This document shows, piece after piece, positions 9,150 through 17,005 of a DNA stretch of 64,000 nt (position 1 is the first letter of the stretch; every line of letters starts with the position of its first letter). This DNA comes from Alphaproteobacteria bacterium (GTDB taxonomy: Bacteria; Pseudomonadota; Alphaproteobacteria; Bin95): assembly GCA_965202745.1 (NCBI GenBank), contig CBDBCB010000012.1, positions 18,463-82,462 on the forward strand, read 5' to 3'. The notes below the pieces were generated by a model. That model made no database searches. It was not told the origin of the DNA and saw only the letters and a list, made by a program, of their open reading frames with translations. The position numbers and the translations under genes were made by a program.

Positions 9150-10715
9150 CTAGTTGTCCCATCCTGGGAGCCAATTCACAGAAAGGCCGCTGGAGACCTC
9201 TCCAGCGGCCTTTTTCTGTGCGTCGATCATCGCTGTTTCGTCAATCAGATCAAAGGGTTGCTTCAGAGCGACCGAGAGCTCACCGTCGGCCCAGGAGCAG
9301 TTCGAAACAAGAAAGTTGAGAAGCCGCCGTTTTTCGCGGGAATCCTGCTTTTCGAAAAGCCGCTGGGCATTCTGCGCCAGTTCGATAAGGCGCACGCCTT
9401 CTTCCAGATAGGAACGGTCGGCACCCTGGTGCCGTTCGATGTCGCGCAGGCATCGTTCCTGCTCGGCCCGCCACTCCTCTGACATTTTCTCGAAGAATGA
9501 CGCGTCGATGGTGCCGTCGAGCTTGTCCATATAGGCGGCGTGGATTCGGTTCTGGAGCCGGTCGTATTCGGCGCGCAATTTCTCGATGGCTGCCTCGTGC
9601 TCGCGTCTCTCGTCGGCGTGGCTGTCGTGAAGGGCGTCGCGCACCCAGTCGAGCACCTTGTCGTCGAACGCCAGCCGTCCGAGGAGTGTGCCGAACTTCT
9701 CTTCGAGTACCTCTTCCCGGACATAGGGCTCGTCGCATTTCCCCTTATAGCCGGTGCAGTGATAGTAGATGTAGCGCTGCTTCTTGATCTCGCCGACCAC
9801 CGAGCAGCCGCAATGGCCGCAGGCGATCAGGCCCGAGAAGGCGAAATCATGCTTCACGCGGCGGTGCTTGCTGGCGTAGCGGCCGTCCATCATGTCCTGC
9901 ACCCGCTCCCACAGATCCCGCGTGACCAGGGGTTGGTGGCTGCCCTGGTAGAGACGGCCGTTCCATTCGAACTCGCCCATGTAGAGCCGGTTGCGCAGGA
10001 TCTTGTGCACCGTGCTGGTCGGCACCGCCTTGCCGCTCTTGCGATAGCTGAAACCGTCGGCGCGCGCCCTCTTCGCCACGTCACGCAAAGCCAGTCCGCC
10101 GGCCGCATACCGTTCGAACATCCTGGTCACATGCGGCGCGACTTCCGGATCGGGCTCGATCACACGCTTGCCGTTGGCCCCGTCCACGTTGCGGTAGCCG
10201 AGCGGCGCGGCAGAGGGCCAGATGCCCTGCTCGGCCTTTTCCAGCATGCCCTTCCTGGTCTCCTCCGATAGGTTGTCGATGTAGTTCTTCGCCATCAGCA
10301 CCTTGATGCCGTGCATGAACTTTTCCGACGACTTGGAATCGCGCGACAGGATCGCCCCTTCCTTGACGAGATGGATCTCGACATCGAGATCGTCGAGCAT
10401 CACCCAGTCCTTGAGATTGCGGTAAAGCCGGTCGGTCTTCTCGACCAGGATGACCCGGACCCGGGGATTGGCCCGCAGAAACGCGATCATCTCGGAGAAG
10501 CTGGTCCGGCCGGTCTGCTTCGCCGTCTCCACGTCGACATATTCCTGAACGGCGGACAGCCCTTCGCGCGCGGCATACTCCTTCAACAGCTTCAGCTGTG
10601 CGGGGATCGAGTAGCCCTCCTTCTCCTGCTCCTTGGAGGAGACGCGGGCATAGAGCACCGCGCGCGTGCTCGGTGGCGGGGCGGAGGGCCTGGGTGTGAG
10701 AGTTCCGGCCAGCAT
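9150..10715 (-). CDS. large serine recombinase (integrase)
   Basis: Resolvase catalytic region AVLYARVSSKEQ. Recombinase domain and zinc ribbon CGHCGC...YYHCTGYKGKC. Coiled-coil C-terminal region. Confidence 0.9.
   Translation of the reverse strand: MLAGTLTPRPSAPPPSTRAVLYARVSSKEQEKEGYSIPAQLKLLKEYAAREGLSAVQEYVDVETAKQTGRTSFSEMIAFLRANPRVRVILVEKTDRLYRNLKDWVMLDDLDVEIHLVKEGAILSRDSKSSEKFMHGIKVLMAKNYIDNLSEETRKGMLEKAEQGIWPSAAPLGYRNVDGANGKRVIEPDPEVAPHVTRMFERYAAGGLALRDVAKRARADGFSYRKSGKAVPTSTVHKILRNRLYMGEFEWNGRLYQGSHQPLVTRDLWERVQDMMDGRYASKHRRVKHDFAFSGLIACGHCGCSVVGEIKKQRYIYYHCTGYKGKCDEPYVREEVLEEKFGTLLGRLAFDDKVLDWVRDALHDSHADERREHEAAIEKLRAEYDRLQNRIHAAYMDKLDGTIDASFFEKMSEEWRAEQERCLRDIERHQGADRSYLEEGVRLIELAQNAQRLFEKQDSREKRRLLNFLVSNCSWADGELSVALKQPFDLIDETAMIDAQKKAAGEVSSGLSVNWLPGWDN
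9182..9216 (+). terminator. rho-independent terminator-like hairpin inside the 3' end of the recombinase ORF
   Basis: Perfect arms AAAGGCCGCTGGAGA / TCTCCAGCGGCCTTT with a 2-nt loop, followed by a T-run on the plus strand. Confidence 0.5.
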
Positions 10716-10758
10716 GATGTTTATTGTAACCTAAACAATGGCGGATCGCAAGCATTTC

Positions 10759-12246
10759 TCACAAGTTCTGCGTGACCTCCTTCAGCGCGACCTTCAGCAC
10801 GTTTTCACGCCACGGCCTGAAACGCGATAGAAGTCGACCTTCGTTCTCGTTGTAGAAAAATACGAACCCGTCCTCCGCGACTGGCACCAACGCAGTGCGA
10901 ATCTCGCCCTCCTCGTCGGTATCCTTGAATTCGAGGAACGGTGCGCAAATGAGGCTACCATTGAACGGTTTGCCGATTCCGTGGATCGCAAAAACGAGCT
11001 GCCCACGACGTGACCATCGCATGTTGAGCGCCACCCATGACCGGTACTCGCTGGTATCTGCGAAGTAACCGATGTAGTGCCTGGCATTCTCCACGATCTG
11101 CGCCCGGAAATAATGACCCGTTTTCTGCCCACTCCGATTGACAAACGCATTCGCCCCATCCGAAATTCGCTTAAGTGCGCCTCCCACTACGGGTGTAATC
11201 GCTTTCAGCCTGTCCTCGATGTCGGCTTCGATGACATAAGCAAGCTCAAAAACACTTCTCAGCAAGGCAAGCTTGTCAGCCGCTACCTTTTCGGCAGCTT
11301 TGAGCAGGACGTCGAGTGCAGACTGCACATCCTCCTCGACCAACACCGCTTCGGAGATTGCGGTGGCTTTGCGGAACTGGGCAATCTGTAGCTTTGCGAT
11401 CAAATCGACCAGCGGCTTCAACTTGCCGTTATCTGCTGCCTCGAGTGAATGAAGGTAAGCTCGCCTGTCGTCCCGCGTCACGACGAGCGGAAAAAGGTCG
11501 TCCTTCACCAGAATAAGTGAGGCAATGGCACGAGCTACGCGGCCGTTGCCGTCTTGGAACGGATGGATCTGTGTGAACCGATGGTGAAACCATGCAGACT
11601 GAACCTCGCTGGGCACGTCTCGCGACACATGTTCCGCATGCATCGCAATCAAGCGATCCATTTCAGAGCCGACTTGCTCGGGCGGGCAATAGGTGAAGGT
11701 GATTCCGTCCCGAACGGGATAATTGGCCTGCGTCTTCCAGGCCCCCTTGATCAACGGGATGTCTACATGGTTCCCCTGCGTGTCGAGACCCTCCGTCGTG
11801 TCCTGGCTCCGCAAGAGGGCGGTGTGGAGTTCCTTGATGTACGATGCAGAAAGACTGCGGTCGCTCTTCACGAAATCAAAAACACCGTCCAGCGCGTCCT
11901 TCTGGTCGCGCAGGAGCTGTAAGACGTACTCGCGCGGTTTGTTGGTCGAACCGTGGCTCAGCAGCTCAGCCTGAAATCCGTACTCGATCAGCGTTTGGGT
12001 AACGCCGCGCTCGATTTCATAGAGGTTTTCGACCACACCGGTTTCGATAGCCCATTCACGGCTCAACTTCTCGGTGAAATCCAATAACTGGGCGCTGTTC
12101 GCGAGCCGTGTGCGTTGATCAATCCAAACGGCCTTGATGCCCGGCACTTGGGAGGCGCTCAGTTCGTCGGGATCGACTTCTAGATCTGTGATCCCGGTTT
12201 CGAAATTCCAAATCGGTTGCTCGGTCATGTCGTGTTTTTCTTTCAT
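10759..12246 (-). CDS. Fic family protein (class II, canonical active site)
   Basis: Canonical Fic motif HPFQDGNGRVARA. Upstream inhibitory-type motif TGVVEN ((S/T)xxxE(G/N)). Its ATG overlaps the hsdS stop (ATGA). Confidence 0.85.
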   Translation of the reverse strand: MKEKHDMTEQPIWNFETGITDLEVDPDELSASQVPGIKAVWIDQRTRLANSAQLLDFTEKLSREWAIETGVVENLYEIERGVTQTLIEYGFQAELLSHGSTNKPREYVLQLLRDQKDALDGVFDFVKSDRSLSASYIKELHTALLRSQDTTEGLDTQGNHVDIPLIKGAWKTQANYPVRDGITFTYCPPEQVGSEMDRLIAMHAEHVSRDVPSEVQSAWFHHRFTQIHPFQDGNGRVARAIASLILVKDDLFPLVVTRDDRRAYLHSLEAADNGKLKPLVDLIAKLQIAQFRKATAISEAVLVEEDVQSALDVLLKAAEKVAADKLALLRSVFELAYVIEADIEDRLKAITPVVGGALKRISDGANAFVNRSGQKTGHYFRAQIVENARHYIGYFADTSEYRSWVALNMRWSRRGQLVFAIHGIGKPFNGSLICAPFLEFKDTDEEGEIRTALVPVAEDGFVFFYNENEGRLLSRFRPWRENVLKVALKEVTQNL

Positions 12247-13043
12247 TCTGCCGCCTCCGTGGCGGGAGTGGCGGCGGGGTCCGGCGCTTCGAGGAGGAGA
12301 GCTTCGAGGAGGCGGGCGCGGTGGTTGTCGCGGGTCGCCAGCGCGGCCTCCAGCCGATCCAGCAGCGCCATCAGCTCCTCCACCCTGGCCACGATCCGCC
12401 GCTGCTCGGCGAGGGGTGGGATACCCAGAAGGAGCGGATAGGCATCTGCCCTGCTAAGGCCCGGCTTCACACCTTTGCCAAGCGTATCGAGGTCCAAGGC
12501 CTGGAGCGTCAGAAACAGATACCGCAGACTGAAGAAGCGCGGGGCCTCGACATAGTAGGCAACGTCCGTCGTCCACGATGGGCCATAGCAGAGATTGAGC
12601 GCGCCGGCCGACCCTTTGCGACCAACGATGATCGCAGGCTCTTCGGTGAGCGGTGCCGTGGTGTAACCGACAATTCCATTGGAGCCGAATACGGGAACCG
12701 GGCCATCGTCCAAGCGTTCGCTTGCCTTCATGCCCTTCCCGTACTTGAAGTCTAAGACGCGCCCGAGCGAGACACACGCCCAAGACGCGGGAATATCAAA
12801 AGGCGACTCAAGTTCCTCGCCATTGGCGAGGTCGCGGGGCTTCCTGATCTCCCCCGCATTCACCAGCCGCACCTTCTCCGCCGCGATCCGCTTCAGCAAC
12901 TCCGACGCCGGTTCGTCGCTTGCGTCCTGCGCCACGAGATTCCCCCGCACGGCGAGGTCCAGCACGAAGCGGCGCAGGCGGGGAACCGCGTCGGGCGCTT
13001 CGGCCACCTGTTCGTAGAGGGCGAGCAGACGGTCGGCGTTCAT
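12243..13043 (-). CDS. hsdS: type I restriction-modification specificity subunit, half-size (single TRD)
   Basis: 266 aa with one target-recognition domain flanked by helical conserved regions (LPPLAEQRRIVARVEELMALLDRLE). ATGA overlaps with hsdM upstream and the Fic gene downstream. Confidence 0.8.
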   Translation of the reverse strand: MNADRLLALYEQVAEAPDAVPRLRRFVLDLAVRGNLVAQDASDEPASELLKRIAAEKVRLVNAGEIRKPRDLANGEELESPFDIPASWACVSLGRVLDFKYGKGMKASERLDDGPVPVFGSNGIVGYTTAPLTEEPAIIVGRKGSAGALNLCYGPSWTTDVAYYVEAPRFFSLRYLFLTLQALDLDTLGKGVKPGLSRADAYPLLLGIPPLAEQRRIVARVEELMALLDRLEAALATRDNHRARLLEALLLEAPDPAATPATEAAE

Positions 13044-14557
13044 CGGAGTGATTTTCCTGCCGCCTCATCGTGTCCGCCGTGCGGTTCCCGCCCGGCGGGA
13101 TGATCCAGGAGCGCCTCGGACAGGATCGCCTTCAATTGGTCTCGGATCGCCGCCACATCGGCCTCGGCGGCGGTCAGATCCTGCAGCAGCGTCTCGGGGT
13201 CGCCGTGATCTTCGGCCACACTGTGGGGGTTCTTGATGTCGAGGTTGTATCCTCTCGCCTTCACCTCCTCGGCGCTGACCTTCCAGGCGCGCTCGGACTC
13301 TACCCGCCCCTCGCGCTGCGGCCCGCCCCACCAGGCGGCGCAGTCGGCCAGATGCTCCAGCCGGATGGGCCGGGTCATGGAATAGGCCTTCTGCCCCTCT
13401 GGCACCTGATGTTCCCAGAACCAGATGTCCTGCGTCGGCGCGCCCTTTTCGAAGAACAGCAGGTTGGTGCCGATGGAGGCATAGGGCCGGAACACCGAAT
13501 TGGGCAGGCGCACGATAGTGTGGAGGTTGCATTCCTTCATCAGGTGTTCCTTGAGCCGGGTCTTGACGCCCTCGCCGAACAGCGAGCCGTCGGGCAGGAC
13601 CACGGCGGCGCGTCCGCCGCGTTTCAGCAGGCGCACGATCAGGGCGAGGAAGAGGTCGGCGGTTTCCCGCGTGCAGAAGTGCTGCGGGAAGTTGCTCTCG
13701 ATGCTGTCCTCCTCCTTGCCGCCGAAAGGGGGGTTGGTGAGCACGATGTCCACCCAGTCCTTCTGTTTCCAGCTGATATAGGGCCGTGCCAGGGTGTTGT
13801 CGTGGCGGACGAAGCTCGGGTCCTCGATGCCATGCAGCAACATATTGGTAACGCAGAGCATGTGGGGAAGCTGCTTCTTCTCCACCGCGCGGAGGCCGGC
13901 CTGCATCGTGGCCACGTCCTCGGGGCGCTTGACGTAATTCGCCTGCATGTGCCGGATGGCGCAGGTCAGGAAGCCGCCGGTGCCGCAGGCGGGGTCGAAC
14001 AGCGTCTCGCCCGGATGCGGGTCGATCATCTGGACCATGAAGGAGGTGACGGCGCGCGGCGTGTAGTATTCGCCCGCGTTGCCAGCCGATTGCAGGTCGT
14101 TGAGGATCTTTTCGTAGATGTCGCCAAAATGCTGGCGCTCGGACAGGTCGTTGAAATCGACCTGGCTGATCGTGTTGACCACCCGCCGCATCAGCCGGCC
14201 GGACTTCATGTAGTTGTAGGCGTCCTCGAACACGTCGCGCACCACGCGGCGGCGGTCGCCGAGCCGGTCCGAGATTTGCAGATTCTTCAGCGCCGGAAAC
14301 AGGTCGTCATTGACGAAGGCCAGCAGGGCGTCGCCGGTCATGCCCTCCGGGTCCGCCGCCCAGCTACGCCACCGGTAGGCATCCGGGATCGGGGAGGCGT
14401 AGTTGTCGCGCATCAGCTCCAGTTCCTGGTCCTGGTCGTCGATGATCTTGAGGAAGAACAGCCAGGTGATTTGGCTGATGCGCTGCGCATCGCCATCGAC
14501 GCCGGTGTCCTGGCGCATGATGTCCTGAATGGATTTGACGAGGGTGTGGACGATCAT
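13040..14557 (-). CDS. hsdM: type I R-M N6-adenine DNA methyltransferase subunit
   Basis: Motif I FDPACGTGGFL, motif IV NPPFGG, and an HsdM N-terminal domain. Confidence 0.92.
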   Translation of the reverse strand: MIVHTLVKSIQDIMRQDTGVDGDAQRISQITWLFFLKIIDDQDQELELMRDNYASPIPDAYRWRSWAADPEGMTGDALLAFVNDDLFPALKNLQISDRLGDRRRVVRDVFEDAYNYMKSGRLMRRVVNTISQVDFNDLSERQHFGDIYEKILNDLQSAGNAGEYYTPRAVTSFMVQMIDPHPGETLFDPACGTGGFLTCAIRHMQANYVKRPEDVATMQAGLRAVEKKQLPHMLCVTNMLLHGIEDPSFVRHDNTLARPYISWKQKDWVDIVLTNPPFGGKEEDSIESNFPQHFCTRETADLFLALIVRLLKRGGRAAVVLPDGSLFGEGVKTRLKEHLMKECNLHTIVRLPNSVFRPYASIGTNLLFFEKGAPTQDIWFWEHQVPEGQKAYSMTRPIRLEHLADCAAWWGGPQREGRVESERAWKVSAEEVKARGYNLDIKNPHSVAEDHGDPETLLQDLTAAEADVAAIRDQLKAILSEALLDHPAGREPHGGHDEAAGKSLR

Positions 14558-14560
14558 GGT

Positions 14561-17005
14561 TCAGGCAGTCTCCTGGTAGAGTGCGTTCTGCAATTCGTGG
14601 ACGGCCTTCTCGAACCCCGCCTTGTTGCCGAACGCGTTGATGAGTTGGACAACGCTGCCCATTTCGGTGAAGGGCGTCACCTTCAGCACGGTGGCGTCGT
14701 CGAGATTGAGCACACCTTCGTCGGCGTACTTGGCCAACAGGGCGTCGAGCACGGCGCGGGCCTGGTCGCCGTACTTGGTGAACACATCGCGCTTCTTGAC
14801 GTTCTCCGCCCGCTCGCGCCGGGTCAGCGGCTTGGCGTCGAAGGCGATATGGCAGATCAGGTCGAAGGGATCGAGGTCTTTGCCCAATTCCTCGGCGATG
14901 GGATCGAGCGGCAGCCCTTCGGCCTTCAGTTCCTCGACGATGGCCTGCTTGCGTGTCGAGCTCTTCCAGCGTTTGAGGAAGTCGTCCAGGCTGGCGAAGC
15001 GTTTCCTGAGTGCCTTCTTGGTGAAGTCGCGCAGGGACTCGGTGACCAGCTTGCCGTTCTCGTCAAGATACTTCACAAGCTCGGCGATGATGGTCGCGTC
15101 GACACCGTCCACATAGACCTTGCGCATGCCGCCGCCGGTGAGCGGCAGGGTGATGTCGGGCGGGCCGTCGACGATGGTTTCGTCATCGCCCGGTTCCGAC
15201 GGAATGCCGTCTTCGCCGGGGGGCGGTGCATCGTCTGGCGGCGTCATCGGGTCGTCGTCCCCGGGCTGGTAGATCTGCACCGGCTCGCCGTCGAAATCCG
15301 GGTCGGCGAAATGGCTGGTCGCACCCCGGAAATCCATCAGCGTGAAATAGAACTTCCTCGTGTCCTCGTGAACGCGGGTGCCGCGCCCGACGATCTGCTT
15401 GAACTCGGTCATGGAGCCGACCTCGCGGTCGAGCACGATCAGCCGGCAGGTCTGGGCGTCGACGCCGGTGGAGAGCAGCCGCAAGGTGGTGACGAGCACC
15501 GGATATTTCGATTCCGGGTCGATGAAGTTGCCGAGCTGGTCCTGGCCTTCCTTGTCGCTGCCGGTGATCCGCATGACGTAGCGGTGATTCTCCTCCACCA
15601 GATCGGCGTTCTCATTGATCAGCGCCTGGCGCATGCGGGCCGCGTGCTCCTGGTCGACGCAGAAAATGATCGCCTTCTGGAAGCGGTCGCCGCTTTCCTT
15701 CAGGAACGCCGTGACCTTGCCCGCGACCAGCTTGGTGCGGTCGTCGAGCACCAGGGTGCGGTCGAAGTCCTTGGTGTTGTAGATGCGGTCCTCGATCTCG
15801 TTGCCCTCGCGGTCCAGTTGCCCCTTTTCGGGGCGGTAGCCCTCGACGTCGCGGTCGACGTGAACCTTGATGACCTTGTAGGGGGCGAGGAAACCGTCGC
15901 GGATGCCCTGTTTCAGGGAGTAGGTGTAAACCGGCTCGCCGAAGTAATGGATGTTGGAGACGTACTTGGTTTCCTTGGGTGTGGCGGTCAGGCCGATCAG
16001 GGTGGCGGACGAGAAATAGTTGAGGATTTCCCGCCAGGCCGAATCCTCGGCGGCGCTGCCGCGATGACACTCGTCAATGACGATCAGGTCGAAGAAGGTG
16101 GGAGAGAACTCTCGGTAGATCTTCTGGCGTTCCTCCGGCCCGGTGATCGCCTGATAGAGCCCGAGATAGATTTCGTAGGCGGTGTCGATCCGCCGCTTGC
16201 CGTCGATGGCCTTGGTCAGGTCTTCGGACGTACCGTCGGCGCGTTCGATGGTCTTGGACTTGGTCGAGAGCTTGGCCATGGCCGGATCGAACGGGCGGAA
16301 GTCGTTGAGCATGGTCTGGTCGATCAGGACGTTGCGGTCGGCGAGGAAAAGGATGCGCTTCCTGCGGCCCGCCTTCCACAGCCGCCAGATGATCTGGAAG
16401 GCGGTGTAGGTCTTGCCGGTGCCCGTCGCCATGACCAGCAGCACGCGGTCGCGGCCCCGGGCGATGGCCTCGATGGCGGCGTTGATGGCGTTCACCTGGT
16501 AGTAACGCGGAGTCTTGCCGCTGCCGTCGTCGTGGTAGTCTTGGAGCACGATCTCCTCGGCTTCCGGCGTCAGGCCCTTCCAGGCGCGGAACCGCGCCCA
16601 CAGGTCGGCGGGCGACGGAAACGAGTCGTTGTCCAATGTGGATTCCTTCTCCGGCGCCGTGCCTGTCCGGTCGTGGAAGACGAATCCGTCGCCGTTCGAC
16701 GCGAACACGAAGGGGATGTCCAGGGTCTCGGCATATTCCAGCCCCTGCTGCATGCCGTCGCCGATGGCGTGGGTGTTGTCCTTGGCCTCGATCAGCGCGA
16801 TGGGGATGTTGGACTTGTAGTAGAGGATGTAATCGGCGCGCTTGCCCTTGCCCCGACTGACCAGCTTGCCGCGCACGATGATGCGGCCCTTAGTGAAGCT
16901 GACCTCCTCGCGGATTTGCGTCACCTCGTCCCAGCCGGCCTTCCTGACCGCCGGGGTGATGAACTTGGTGCAGATGTCGCGTTCGGAGAGGCTCTTCTTG
17001 TCCAT
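14561..17005 (-). CDS. hsdR: type I R-M endonuclease/translocase subunit (EcoEI/type IB-like C-terminus)
   Basis: N-terminal PD-(D/E)xK (ADYILYY...IEAKD), helicase motif I MATGTGKT, motif II VIDECHRGS, and a C-terminal EcoEI-R-like helical domain. Confidence 0.92.
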   Translation of the reverse strand: MDKKSLSERDICTKFITPAVRKAGWDEVTQIREEVSFTKGRIIVRGKLVSRGKGKRADYILYYKSNIPIALIEAKDNTHAIGDGMQQGLEYAETLDIPFVFASNGDGFVFHDRTGTAPEKESTLDNDSFPSPADLWARFRAWKGLTPEAEEIVLQDYHDDGSGKTPRYYQVNAINAAIEAIARGRDRVLLVMATGTGKTYTAFQIIWRLWKAGRRKRILFLADRNVLIDQTMLNDFRPFDPAMAKLSTKSKTIERADGTSEDLTKAIDGKRRIDTAYEIYLGLYQAITGPEERQKIYREFSPTFFDLIVIDECHRGSAAEDSAWREILNYFSSATLIGLTATPKETKYVSNIHYFGEPVYTYSLKQGIRDGFLAPYKVIKVHVDRDVEGYRPEKGQLDREGNEIEDRIYNTKDFDRTLVLDDRTKLVAGKVTAFLKESGDRFQKAIIFCVDQEHAARMRQALINENADLVEENHRYVMRITGSDKEGQDQLGNFIDPESKYPVLVTTLRLLSTGVDAQTCRLIVLDREVGSMTEFKQIVGRGTRVHEDTRKFYFTLMDFRGATSHFADPDFDGEPVQIYQPGDDDPMTPPDDAPPPGEDGIPSEPGDDETIVDGPPDITLPLTGGGMRKVYVDGVDATIIAELVKYLDENGKLVTESLRDFTKKALRKRFASLDDFLKRWKSSTRKQAIVEELKAEGLPLDPIAEELGKDLDPFDLICHIAFDAKPLTRRERAENVKKRDVFTKYGDQARAVLDALLAKYADEGVLNLDDATVLKVTPFTEMGSVVQLINAFGNKAGFEKAVHELQNALYQETA

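Noticed and set aside
9117-9150. Possible att-type direct repeat shared by the island ends (AAAATTACCGCTTTGCTGG near 9120 versus AAAATAAACCGCTTGCCACCGCTGG near 34962)
   Set aside because: The similarity is short, gapped and AT-biased. Serine recombinases do not generate long direct repeats. The right-hand copy lies outside the IS1595-like repeat, so it need not be related to the recombinase. Not supportable without an empty-site comparison.
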